63,236 nucleotides of DNA, filler included, from Octopus bimaculoides (GCF_001194135.2; 4 parts of 4 records of this genome joined end to end with filler, not necessarily neighbours in it), one strand, 5' to 3'; positions 25,551 to 38,410 are shown, numbered from the whole stretch's first letter. Notes: generated from the letters alone by a model not told the origin. A program made the numbers and translations.

Positions 25551-26013
25551 TTGTGTGGCACTCCATCGGTTAAGACGATGAAGGTTCCTGTTGATCCGAT
25601 CAATGGAATAGCCTGCTCGTGAAATTAACGTGCAAGTGGCTGAGCACTCCACAGACACGTGTACCCTTAACGTAGTTCTCGNNNNNNNNNNCTGCTCGTG
25701 AAATTAACGTGCAAGTGGCTGAGCACTCTACAGATATGTGTACCCTTAACGTAGTTCTCGGGGAGATTCAGCGTGACACGAAGTGTGGCAAGGCTGACCC
25801 TTTGAACTACAGGCATACCAGAAACAGGAAGTAAGAGTGAGAGAAAGCGGTGATGAAAGTGTACAGCAGGGTTCGCCACCATCCCCTGCCGGAGCCTCGT
25901 GGAGCTTTAGGTGTTTTCGCTCAATAAACACTCACAACGCCCGGTCTGGGAATCGAAACCGTGATCCTACGATCGCGAGTTCGCTGCCCTAATCACAGGG
26001 CCATTGCGCCTCC
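25551..26013 (-). mobile_element. SINE family C (tRNA-like head GGAGGCGCAATGGCCC...GGTTTCGATTCC)
   Basis: Reverse complement of the copies at 58738 and 60551; contains a 10-N gap with duplicated edges. Confidence 0.9.
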
Positions 26014-26015
26014 AC

Positions 26016-26477
26016 ATGTTACATACATACGATAATTGCTCATAATTTATGTACAAGGCTAACAGTTTTGAGGGGCAGTACATGACTGATACTTTATTTT
26101 TATCAGTACCGGGATTTGAACTCAGAATATAAAGAACCGGAAAACAAACTTCAATGCATTTTTTGTTCCATATTCTAATGACTCAGCCAGGTTTCTACCT
26201 GAAAAATACATGCATACATATTATAACAATAGCTATAATAATAACAAAAACAATAATAATAATCCTTTCTATTATAGGCACAAGGCCTGAGGTTTTAGGG
26301 GAGGGGACTGGTCGATTACATCGACCCCAGAATTTCACTGGTACTTAATTTATTTGACGCCCGAAAGGATGAAAGACAAAGTCGACCTCGGTGGAATTTC
26401 AACTCAGAACATAGCAACGGGCGAAATACCGCTAAACAGCTTGACCGGAGTTCTAACGATTGTGCCTGCTCGCTACC

Positions 26478-26546
<69 letters not shown>

Positions 26547-26731
26547 TTTAGCGGCAATAATGATGATAATAATAATATGTTTAGTGGCATTTCGTCTGTC
26601 CTTGCGATCTGATTTCAAATTCGGCAGAGGTCGACTTTGTCTTTCATCCTTTTGGGGACGATAAATTAAGTACAAGTGAAACACTAGTCCCCTCCCTCAA
26701 AATTTCAGGCCTTATCTCTTTAATAGAAAGG

Positions 26732-26771
<40 letters not shown>

Positions 26772-26773
26772 CC

Positions 26774-26831
<58 letters not shown>

Positions 26832-27057
26832 ATAGTAGTATAGCTATCGTTATGATATGTATGAATGTATTTTTCAGGCAGAAACCTGGCTGAATCATTA
26901 GAACGTGGAAAAAAATGCATTGACGTTTGTTTTCCAGTTCTTTACATTCTGAGTTCAAATCCCGATGCTGATAAAATAAAGTATTGGTTGTGTACTTCAC
27001 CTCAAAATTGTTGGCCCTGTACATAAATTACAAGCAATTATCGTATATATGTAACAT
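26016..27057. repeat. ~1-kb imperfect palindrome (inverted duplication; arms ~26016-26440 and ~26580-27057)
   Basis: The reverse complement of 26838-27057 aligns with 26016-26237, including non-SINE spacer; the inner SINE A copies share diagnostic bases (AAAGACAAAGTC, CTAAACA). Confidence 0.85.
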
Positions 27058-27129
27058 AATGTTATATCTCAAGCATTATATATAATTATATGGATTTTCT
27101 AAGTATAGAGTCACGTAAGATTAACAGCA

Positions 27130-28380
27130 AACAAACACTTAACACAATAATAATGATAAGACGAAACAAGCTAGATAAATCGAGCAAAAATATAAAATCG
27201 AAGATTTTATAAAACTTCCTGCAAACAAGGAACTAGTGAAACAACGAATACAACGGAAAGCCAGACGGTAGGACAAAAGAATCAAATTTTATCGACAAAA
27301 CAAGGTATTCAGGACGGATGCAAAAACATTTTACAGGGAAATGTGCAAAAGCAAGATAGAAGTAAAGGACCCACCTAAGACTGAGGAAATTGAAGCGTTC
27401 TGGAAGAAGATATGGAGCATCAAAAATGAATATAATGCTGAAGCTCACTGGATAAAACGCGAGAAAGTGAGACTGGATAAATTTGAAGAACAGAAGTTGT
27501 AAACAATAGTAGAAGAGCTAGGATGTGTTCTCACGAATGGAGAACCCCATGACTGGACCGGATCCCTAACTTCTAGCTAAATTGCTTGACAGAAGTACAC
27601 CAAAATGTTGTTGCATTCCTAACAAATGTCATCCAGAATCCAGAGAAAATACCTGCCTGGCTGACAGAAAGAAAAACATACCTTCTACCAAAAACTGAAC
27701 ACACAAAAAAATCCAAAGAACTACCGACCAATAACATGTCTCAACACCACCAACAAAATCCTCACATGCATACTAACTGAAAAAATATACACTTTCCAGG
27801 AGCAGAACTCTATCCTTCCACACGCTCAAAAAGGTTGTAAAAGGAATTCTTATGGATGCAAAGATTAATTACTCGTAAATAAAATTATTGTAGAGAATTG
27901 CCGGAGCAACGAGAAGAACCTGAATATGGCATGGATAGACTACAGGGAAGCGTTTGATTGTGTCCTACATAATTGGCTACTCAAGGCCCTTCAGATATAT
28001 AAGATCTCTCCTGTAGTCACCAAATTCTTACAAGGTAGCCTGACCAAGTGGAATACACGTGTCATTCTAAACCATAGTAATGGTGTGAGCCAATCTAACA
28101 ACATCAACATCAAACGAGGCACCTTTCAAGGTGACTTCGGCTCCTCATTACTCTTTTGTATGAACACTGATAACACTCCCAAACGAATTGAGCAACACCA
28201 GGTATGGATTCAAAGTGTATAATATTATAGCAAATCATCCGTTTTATATGGACAATCTGAAGTTGCTTACTAGAAATGACGAAAAGCTAGTAGGGCTGTT
28301 AACAACTGTTAAAGAGTTCAGAAAAGACATCTGGATGGATTTTGGCCTTGATAAGTGTGTTAAAGCAACTTTTATTATCA
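27130..28380 (+). mobile_element. R4/Dong-clade (RLE-type) non-LTR retrotransposon fragment, pre-RT region plus RT, pseudogenised
   Basis: KRIKFYRQNKVF...EIEAFWKKIW; PAWLTERKTYLLPK; AWIDYREAFDCVLHNW; RGTFQGD; FYMDNLKL; DIWMDFGLDKC; several stops and frameshifts. Confidence 0.9.
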
Positions 28381-28446
28381 ATTTAAGCTCTTTAGAATGG
28401 AGATATTCAGTCAATATGCTTTAACAATTTTGGTCGTATCCATCTT

Positions 28447-28680
28447 TTTTCAGTGGTTATGTGATAAGAAGCTTACTTTACAACCACATAGTTCCGGGTT
28501 CAGTCCCACTGCGTGGTACCTTGAACAAGTGTCTTCTACTATAGCTTCGGGCTATATATGTGTTTGTGAGTTTGTGTTTGTACCCACCATCGTTTGACAC
28601 GCGATGTTGGTGTGTTTACGTCCCGTAACTTAACAGTTCGGCAAAAGGGGCCGATAGAATACGTATTTGGCTTACAACGN
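28447..28680 (+). mobile_element. SINE family B with internal deletion, ends in a gap
   Basis: GGTTCAGTCCCACTGCGTGGTACCTTGAACAAGTG; CGTAACTTAACAGTTCGGCAAAAG. Confidence 0.85.
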
Positions 28681-28910
28681 NNNNNNNNNNNNNNNNNNNN
28701 NNNNNNNNNNNNNNNNNNNNNNNNNNNNNNNNNNNNNNNNNNNNNNNNNNNNNNNNNNNNNNNNNNNNNNNNNNNNNNNNNNNNNNNNNNNNNNNNNNNN
28801 NNNNNNNNNNNNNNNNNNNNNNNNNNNNNNNNNNNNNNNNNNNNNNNNNNNNNNNNNNNNNNNNNNNNNNNNNNNNNNTCCAATTTCAGTCTTCTGTGGT
28901 CATATACAGT

Positions 28911-29223
28911 GGAGAAGCAATGGCCCAGTGGTTAGGGCAGCGGACTCGCAGTCGGAGGATCGCGGTTTCGATTCCCAGACCGAGCGTTGTGTGTGTTTAT
29001 TGAGCGAAAACACCTAAAAGCTCCACGATGCTCCGGCAGGGGGGTGACCCCTGTTGTACTCTTTCGCCCCAACTTTCTGTTACTCTTTCTTCTTGTTTCT
29101 TGAGTGACGCTGTGATGGACTGGCGTCCCGTCCAGCTGAGGGGAACACATACGCCATAAAAACCGAGAAACCAGGCCCATGAGCCTGGCTAGGCTTTAAA
29201 AGGGCGCATAAATAAATAAAATA
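28911..29223 (+). mobile_element. SINE with the family C head but a different, V-domain-like 3' body and (AATA)n tail
   Basis: Head matches family C up to ~29075, then GCTGTGATGGACTGGCGTCCCGTCCAG (29109-29135). Confidence 0.75.
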
Positions 29224-29419
29224 AATGGTCATATGCATATTTAGCAAGCCTTCTTTTCCTCTTTAATTACTATGAATACGTTTCTTTCATCTTCAGTCAC
29301 ACTTCCACCTAAGCAGACAATTGAAATAATCCACGTACCGAATTTTTTCCTGCAAATGCTCATTTCGAGACCTGGCTCAAATTTTTCAGTTTCTCTTCCT
29401 GAATCTTAATATTGGTTTT

Positions 29420-29632
29420 AAATTTGGCACAAGCCCAGCAATTTCGAGAGAGGGAGTAAGTCAGATACATCGACCCCCCCCCAGTGCTTAACTGATGCTT
29501 ATTTTATCGACCTCGAAAGGATGAAAGGCAAAGTCAATCTCGGTGGAATTTTAATTCAGAAGGCAAAAACGGACGAAATACCGCTAAGCGTTTTGCCCGG
29601 CGTGCTAACGATTCTGACAGCTCACCGCTTCT
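29420..29632 (-). mobile_element. SINE family A
   Basis: GAAAGGATGAAAGGCAAAGTCAATCTCGG block and head. Confidence 0.85.
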
Positions 29633-29699
29633 CTATATGGTAATATTGGTATGAGATGTATTAATAACCCATATCTAATTCTATTACATCTACTCTTAT

Positions 29700-29900
29700 T
29701 ATTGGAGCCAATAAAGTTTTCTTTATATAATAAGCAATATTCTAACATGTGTTTTCTACATTCTCCCATATGTTTTCTGCGTCCAATTTCATTTCAATCA
29801 ATTTTTTTTATTTACCTACCCACTAGTAAGACCATTAGTAAAATCACCAGACATTTGATATAATTAGTCTCCCTAAGTACTTCAAATTCATTATCCAGTG
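29700..29900 (-). mobile_element. Possible decayed LINE RT C-terminal remnant (RTE-like)
   Basis: Minus frames give NLKYLGRLII (cf. FKYLGSII) followed by EIGRRKHMG (cf. EIxRRIxxA). Confidence 0.3.
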
Positions 29901-30678
29901 TCGCCTAAAGAAGTGTGATTGACGCACATACTTTGGCTTTTATTTCTTCTTGCATGATAATGGTGAAATAAGGGTTCTTTCTGAAATCAAAAATTTCAAT
30001 CTGTAAAATTTTATATCTTTATTACTTTTTTTTTTTAGTTTGTCTGAGCTCCTTTCCATTTTCTGTTTTGACTCTTCTAGATATTCTACTATATACAATT
30101 TATTCTTTTTTCATATTTCTAATTTATCTATCATCAAACCTCTTGATCGATGTTGAATGATACCATTTTGATTCTCTTAATAAAACATTATTCTTTCATT
30201 GTTTCTACCAGTCTCTATTATAGCTATCATATCCGTTCTCATGCTCAGTTGTTATCTAACATGCCAAACTAAATGTTGTTTCTTTCATATAAATCATACT
30301 TGTCACGCATTTCATATCAATTTACCATGCAAAGAAAACTTATTACTTATTTCTTAGCTAAACAAACGGTTAAATCCACGAAATCTCTTAACCATTTCAT
30401 ATAACCTCTCGAGATCTGCTTTGCTGATCTCGAAATATTATATGACATTTTGTGAATCGCACACACCACATGTCCCGTCACTTAAAATTAATCGACGATT
30501 TATAGTTTCCAGTAACTTTTGTTGAAATAATTGCAACTTCATTTCGATTTCATTTCGATTTTATAATCCAACTGGAGAGGAACATATAAATATGTTTCTT
30601 ACAACAAAAACGCGCGAGCACGCACGCACACGCACACACACACACATACACGTGTACACATACACGGATATATGTATA

Positions 30679-30714
<36 letters not shown>

Positions 30715-32234
30715 CGTATTTTATGTATATGTGTACATATAAGATATATATATATATAAATTCTACCACCTCCTAGATTTCGATTATCTCCCCTATACCG
30801 GAAGAAATCCCTAATTACCTCCCCCTATCTAGAACTCTTCTTTCTCAGACTGGAACGAACACGACACAATGAAGTAGAGAAATTTGAAAAGACAACACGA
30901 AACCGGTTATTTCTCAAAATACAATGTTTATATACCAAAAAGATTTTATAACATTTTTCTAACATTTTTCTAACATTTTTCTGACATAATTTAAATATAT
31001 ACTTTAACCATGTAACACAAGCCTTCTGTAGTTTTTTCACTCTTATTATCTTTTATACATCCAACCACGTGCTTTCACATACCAACTTTCTCACCTATAT
31101 ATATATATATATAATACGTGTGCGCGTTCGTATGTACGTAAGATCGAATGTGTATGTGTGTATGTGTGTACTTGAGACTTGAGGTCGTTTTATTTGTCAA
31201 GAAACAAGTTTTGTCCGCTATTTATGCATCATCCCTACATATCTGCCGTGGTACAACCATCTACTAAAATACACATTTGATTAATTCATGGTGTACTACA
31301 TCATAGTAAAGATAGTAAACATAGAAAAAGCTACAACCATGTTTCAAAAGCACTTTCCGACTTTACATTGACACATTCATCACTTGTTTGGCCCACTGAA
31401 TCATGAACTACTTGTCACATAATGTTTTGCGAATTTGATTTAATTTGGAGAATACAGAGTTTGGGGAGACTTATAATACCAGTGAAATGAATGTAATTGG
31501 TGTTCAGAATGAATTTATTTAGGTCGATGCATGCAGGAAAAACTTTGATGGAGAGAGATCGAGATCACAGTACATCAGAAGTAAATTAAGAAATAAAAAT
31601 TTAGTGTAACGAGAAGAGGAAAATGAGTGCATTTAATGGGATTGAGTAGATGTACACAGGCGGTTAGTTGAGACGAACAGAGCTCGTTATAATTACAGTA
31701 CAATATACAAAAGTTATGGCGTATCTGTGAGCTTGTAGCTGAAGTGTGTTGAGAAGGCGGATTCGCAGATATATATTTATCAATACACTTTATCTATTAC
31801 TTCATGGTCAGTGTGGTCAACAGAAGAACGAGTCTTATTTGCATGTTATAAACGCTCAGCAATTCATATATCTAACGTTTATCATAAGTGCCATTCCCAT
31901 AAGAAATGTTTCTTTATTCGCTCTTGTAGGTTTTATGCACAATGTTTTGCATGAAGATTCTAGACAAACTATTGGCTAATAATTATTTTGCTCATTTATG
32001 TTTTTTTTTTTTCGACGGTTTAATCTATCGCTCTCCAATTTATGCTGACATGTGATTTAAGAATTTATTCCTGCATTACAAATGCAGTTTAACATTTCCA
32101 ATTAATAATTTTGAACTAGATGCATATCAGTTATATATTTTTTTCTTTTAGATGTGTCCTTTTCAAGAAATCTTATACACGTATGACATTCGCAAATTCT
32201 CAGCTATGTCAAATTTTCTTCGCTTATGCCCCTA

Positions 32235-32343
<109 letters not shown>

Positions 32344-33099
32344 ACACACACACACACATACACACACACACACATACACACACACGCATACACACTCTCT
32401 ATCTCTCTGTCTCTCTCTCGCTCTCTTCTAGATAATATTACGATTTACAAAATTGTATGATATTCAACGTGTATAAGCTTGATTACAAGGTTAGTTGCGT
32501 TTTCATTTAATTAATTCTCTGTTTTGAAAAATGCCATTCCATCGAACATTTTACTGTTTTATATTTCTTTGTTTTAATTTGTCATCGTTTAGATATGAAT
32601 ACCTTACTAGATTATTATTTTTATAATATCTCTATAAATCATCGTCACATTACGTCATAGCATGGGCGCGTTGAGAATGTAGAGAAGACACGTTGAGGTA
32701 TGCTGCCAGGTGAAGACTGCTGACGATATATAGTTTGATTTATCATATTGTGAAATTAAAAGGGAAAACAATCAGACTGCAGAAAAGGGAACTTGGTTGC
32801 GACGCGTGTTACAGTAAAGGGAACTTCGGTTTTCTAAACAAGACTAGAAAAATAAAGGAGGACGAAAGAGGATAAGAGATAACAGCAGGGACTGCAGGAA
32901 CAACACAGTAAGCCTCAGAAACCAGTTTCCAGAACACCCCCCGGTTACTATAGGAGGATGTTGAAAGAGTCATCTCGTTCCGGTTGCTTGGAACTGCTCA
33001 CCAGAAGCTTGAGTATTCCTTCTTTGGTTACAACCAGTAACGCCACTCAATGATAAGGAGGAACTGGAAAATAGACAGAAAGAAAACACAGAATTTGAA

Positions 33100-33240
33100 G
33101 AAAAAAAACCCAGTCTAAACCGAATATAAGATGGACACGTGAGGAGGTACTCGTGTATCTTTGGAACTGCATAAAATTTATGACTCTTCAAATAGCCAAC
33201 AGAGAGGTAATAAATCTACAGGGGAAAAAAGGAAGGAATG
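33100..33240 (+). mobile_element. Possible N-terminal remnant of an R4/Dong-type ORF
   Basis: Frame reads NIRWTREEVLVYLWNC, resembling the KWTREE motif; short match only. Confidence 0.3.
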
Positions 33241-33793
33241 AATAGGTAACTGAAGTGGGGTTGGGCATTGAATTTGTGAAACTTTTGAATCTTAGTCAAC
33301 ATAATCGACTTGATCCCTTCTCTTAAATTTCATGCTTTAGGCCTAAATTTGAAATGATTATTACAAGGGTAGTGGATCGGCAGAATTTTTAAAATGTTGA
33401 ACAAAAGGTTTTGTAGTATTTGCTCCGGCAGTATTTGCTCAGGGAAAATCCTATTGCTGTCACCTTTGCCTTTCATATTTACGTGGTCGATAAAATAAAG
33501 TACCAATCAAGTACTGAGGTCGATGGTGTCGACTAGATTTTTCTACAAAAAATTTCAGGCACTGTGCATTGTACATATGACAATAGGATGTGATTTGCTT
33601 GTTATTTCTAGGAAGTCGAGTGGCAATGAACAAGCTTTTCTTGGGTTTATATTTTCGTATATATCCGTTTTGTGGACTGCAAAAAGACAGAATTTTGAAT
33701 TTAAATTGTTTGTCCTTTAATATAAAATATAGTCAGTTTAAAGGCAAAGAACTTTTGAATGAATTACTAACTCATTTCATTTTCAGAATTTAC

Positions 33794-34280
33794 TTAGATG
33801 ACATCTCCATAAACAACGTTCCTAATCAATGTCATATATTCATCATTATGATGTATATTTCATCTGCAAACAACATTCTATGGTTTCTTGGATCGCCTAC
33901 TCAGCTAATAACAACACTTAATTGTCTGTGAGAAAACAATGGAGTTGGAACACATAATCTACACCTCTTTAAACTTTGTCATCGATTCTTATTCATTGAC
34001 ATAACAAAAACAGGCCATATAAGAAATTGCAGTTCTTTAAAAATTATGGGCAAATCGGTTTCAGAATTGCGCATCAACAACAGTATGTTCTGGTGCTCAA
34101 AAAAAAAATCTATAAACAACTTTGTGAATTCTATAAGTGAAAAAACCAAAACTGAAGCATGGTTTGCTTCCACGCTACACATGGCCATATCACTGTTGAA
34201 CCTCCGAATGTTTCTTCTGAAAGGTTTTGCTGCTGCAAACAATTGATGCAATTCATCAGCTAAATTTGGAATTACTCTTT
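33794..34280 (-). mobile_element. Internally deleted Helitron Rep/Hel remnant: N-terminal segment fused to the PIF1-helicase C-terminus
   Basis: FRRNIRRFNSDMAMCS and FTYRIH (N-terminal Helitron motifs), then DLPIIFKELQFLIWPVFVMSMNKNR*QSL...PLFSHRQLSVVIS*VG...RNVVYGDVI* (cf. LPFxFKRLQFPVRLAFAMTINKSQGQSL...VFSHGQLYVAxSRV...KNIVYxEVL*). Confidence 0.8.
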
Positions 34281-34284
34281 TCTC

Positions 34285-34665
34285 TTTTATTCTTACTTGT
34301 TTCAGTCTTTTGACTGTGGCCATGCTGGACCACCGCCATTAGTCGAGCAAATCGACCCCAGAACTTATTCTTTGGAAGCCTAGTACTTATTCTATCGATC
34401 TCTTTTGCCGAACCGCTAAGTTACGGGGGCGTAAACAAACCAGCATCGGTTGTCAAGCGATGTTAGGGGGACAAACACAGACACACAAATACATACACAC
34501 ATACATATATACATATATACGACGGGCTTCTTTCAGTTTCCGTCTACCAAATAAACTCACAAGGCTTTGGTCGGCCCGAGGCTATAATAGAAGACACTTG
34601 CCCAAGATGCCACGCAGTGGGACTGAACCCGGAACCATGTGGTTGGTAAGCTAGCTACTTACCAC
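34285..34665 (-). mobile_element. SINE family B, full length, adjacent to or inside the Helitron remnant
   Basis: Complete head, central (TA)(TG) and tail. Confidence 0.92.
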
Positions 34666-35194
34666 AACCAAATTTACTGCAAATACTAAGATCAGGATAG
34701 GTTAATGTTCCTCCAATGCACACATCAATGAACACCTGAACGATTAAATGAAGGTTTCTCTCGTTCATTAAACTACATCTGTAAAGGATCACATTGACAG
34801 CAACTTCTAGCACTCAGTGTATCATGCTGTCTTACAATATTTAACTTTCTCTTTTCTTTTCATTTCTTTTTCTCTGTTTTGACGATTAATTCTGTTTTAG
34901 GCTTTCAGTTATTCTCTTTATTCTTGAGAAATTTTCTGATGTGTTTCATGATGAGTCATAGCATCTTATTCTGAAATCTGCTCCTACTGTTGTCGTGCTG
35001 TTCTTTGCTTTCTTACATTTTTAGCCGAAATATATTTTCATCTCTCTTGTGAGAGAGATGTTCGTGTACTTCTCCATGTTTTAATATACGTTCACATTGT
35101 TCATAAAGAAATTGTCCCCCGTAGTCGGCTATATTGTTCAGCGTTATGAGCCAAAATGTGTTTCTCGCAGTTCTATCATCATCATCAGCAACAG

Positions 35195-35257
<63 letters not shown>

Positions 35258-35264
35258 GATTATT

Positions 35265-35306
<42 letters not shown>

Positions 35307-37480
35307 GATNNNNNNNNNNNNNNNNNNNNNNNNNNNNNNNNNNNNNNNNNNNNTTAATTAATTAANNNNNNNNNNNNNNNNNNNNNNNNNNNNNNNNNNN
35401 NNNNNNNNNTATATATATATATATATATATATATATCTGTGTGTTCCAGGTGTATTTGCTTTCAGTGTTTATATACATGGAGAGAGTGAGAGATGTATAC
35501 GTATGCTCAAATAAACCTATACATACATACACGTACACACTGATCCACACAATAGTGATTATGTGTGTGTGTGCATATATATATATATATATATGCACAC
35601 ACACACATAATCAGTATATATATATATGTATGTATGTATGTGCTTGCGTGTGTGTTTATATGCCGCCATCCATGTGTGAGAACTGTGTTAGGTTGTAGCA
35701 GCTGGCTCTTAATACTTCTTAGCTGCTCGGTCTACCATTAATTGTTGAGAACCATTTAGATAGCTATTTTGCTGCCAGTTAGCATTTATGTACATATGTG
35801 GGCTGGCTGATATAACGGCCTTCTCTCTCCTACTACTTCTCTTTCTTTCACACACCCCTCTCTGTCTCCCTCGCTGTTCCTTCCATCTCTACCGTCGCCA
35901 TTTTCTTCCTTCTTTTTTAATGTTTCTCTCTCTATTCTTTTTTCGTTTTTAATTTGTTTTCCTCTTACTTGGATATAATTACCTGAATGAGAATGATTGA
36001 GTTCTATTTTTTAGTATTATTATTATTAGTTACATTTATTTCCTTCGTTTTCTTGTTGCTTTCTTCCTAATCCCCACACACCCCTGTCCCTTATCCCCCC
36101 CCATCCAATTTTTATTTTTATTTTTATTTTACTTTATTTCATTTAATCTTATCTGTTCCGTTTTCCATTTCGAAATGCGAGCATGTTTTCTAAACGTGAC
36201 TTTTTAATCTGATGTGAACTCATACAAAAGACAAAAATGGACGTGATGGCAGAAACATTTTTTTACTTTACTCCAAGCTATTAATATTTTCTCTCATCCC
36301 CCCCCCCACATCTTCCTTCTTACTCTTTCCCTCTCATTCTCTTATCGCTCTCGTCTCTCTCCCTCTTTTGTTTTTCCTCATATCTGCCTCTCTCTTCTAG
36401 TTGTCTCTATTTTCTATGTGTCTCTCTCTGTGTCTTCTACTTCTCTCTCTCTCTCTCCCGTCTGACTCTCTTTCGGCTTTCCTATCTGTCTGTCTGTCTC
36501 TCTCTCTCTCCCTTCTGTCTCTCTCTCTCTCTCTCCCTTCTGTCTCTCTATCGAAGGTTATATAGCATTTCACTTTCTCTCTATTTTCCTTCTATTTCTG
36601 TCTCTTTTTCTCCCCCTCTCTCTCTCTCTCTCTCTCTGTGTCTCTTCAGTTGTTGTGATCCTTTAATTATTCTCCCTGTCTCTTCTTCATTCTGTCTCTC
36701 TTTATTGGAAACCATTAATATTCACCTCTCTCGCTCTGATTCCTTCAGTTCTTCTCTCTCTCTCTCACTTCTCACTTTTAATCACTCTTCCTCCCTTAAC
36801 ACAGACTGTTAAAGTTACTGCAGGCTATTTTTACAACTTTCCTCTCTCTCCTTGTTTTCTCTTCCATTAATTATTCTGGTTTTCTCTCCTTCCTCCTCTG
36901 TTTCTAGCTTCATTTGGAAGCCGTTACTATTCCCCCCCTCTCTCTGTTTTTCTCTCTTTCTCGATCTTGCCTTGAACACAGCCACAACGTTCTAGAATGG
37001 TCGGATAGCTGAAGGTTATGGTATCAATAATACACACAAACAGAGACGACATATCATATACACACATATATACACACCGTATGTGATGCGTATATATTCA
37101 TACCACAAAGAAATATGCACGCCACATATTTTACATGTACAAATGACACCGCAAATACACACACACACTCACACGCACACACCTCAGTCTCTTTCACTCA
37201 AACACAAGCATTCCACTCACACAAAAAGTTGAATAGATCCTTCGTCAATTATCATGATGATTATTATTATAGTTTCTTTTGGAATAACATACACATTATT
37301 TTTCATTGTCTAAGTTTTGTGCTGTTTTTACTCAGGATAAATAACACAGCTAGAAAACGAAAACGGAAAAGCAAAAATTATTTCATTTCAGACTTATTTT
37401 GCATCAGTCATTTGGAGTTTATGGTTTTTACTCTGAGGATAGTTACCATTAGTATTTTGGCTGCTATTCATTGTATAGAG

Positions 37481-37822
37481 CAGTGATTCTCAACCATTTT
37501 TTGCCTGTGGACCCCCTCCCCTCTCCCCTTGATTCCTGTTTTACTCGGATGGATTCTCATAGCCATTCTGATTTTTAAAATATCATTTTTTTCTCTTTTA
37601 CTTGTTTAAGTCATTGGACTGCATCCAAGTTAGGGTATCACTTTTAATTTTCAGTCGAATGAATCGACACCAGTGTTGTTTTCTTTAAGCCTGGTACTTT
37701 TTGTATCGGTCACTTTTGCTAAACTGTTAAGTTGCGTGGACTAATTTATTGCAGATAAACTTTAACCCCAAAATCTTATATTGACCCTCAAGGTTCATAT
37801 GGACGCCGGTTGGGAACCACTA
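37481..37822. mobile_element. hAT (Charlie/Buster-type) MITE containing a SINE B remnant (~37605-37740)
   Basis: TIRs CAGTGATTCTCAACC / GGTTGGGAACCACTA; 8-bp TSD GTATAGAG (37473-37480) / GTTTAGAG (37823-37830). Confidence 0.85.
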
Positions 37823-37899
37823 GTTTAGAGGCTCCATTCAGGAATCTGATGAAAGCAAAAGGAGATTTATTGAGAACAAAAGAAAAAAAGGTGCAGACA

Positions 37900-38055
37900 T
37901 GTCTGAGTGGTTACGAAGCTCGCTTTGCAACCACGTGGTGTTTCTGGTTCATCTCACTGCATTATTGGATAGTGGTCTTTACTATAGCCCTGGCTTGACT
38001 AATGCCTTGTAATATGACTTGGTAGACAGAAACTATTGTGTGGAGACCTGTCGTA

Positions 38056-38104
<49 letters not shown>

Positions 38105-38106
38105 GC

Positions 38107-38148
<42 letters not shown>

Positions 38149-38149
38149 G

Positions 38150-38181
<32 letters not shown>

Positions 38182-38410
38182 ACCCTTCTGTATCTGCATT
38201 TATCTACCTATCTGTCTGTCTATTCATTCATGCATGTATCTTTCTATCCGTGGTTCCCCACACCCACCGTTTACCAACTGGTGTTGCTTTGTTTGCGTTC
38301 CCATAAAAAGAGACTGACAGAATCAGTGCCAGATTTGAAAAGTAAGTACTGGGGGGGGGGGTTGATTTGTTCGACCAAAACCTTTCAATGGTCGCAGTTC
38401 AAAGACTGAA
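37900..38410 (+). mobile_element. Old SINE family B whose central microsatellite is expanded as (TATC)n
   Basis: Head remnant, TTGGTAGACAGAAACT, (TATC)n 38055-38180, AAAAGAGACTGACAGAAT. Confidence 0.7.

Noticed and set aside
30821-30915. CGAAACCGGTT resembling a hammerhead stem III
   Set aside because: No CUGANGA core upstream on the same strand.
33600-33630. CTAG as a Helitron 3' end
   Set aside because: No hairpin, and the same TATTTCTAG context recurs at 61542, 61811 and 62567, so it belongs to another short repeat.
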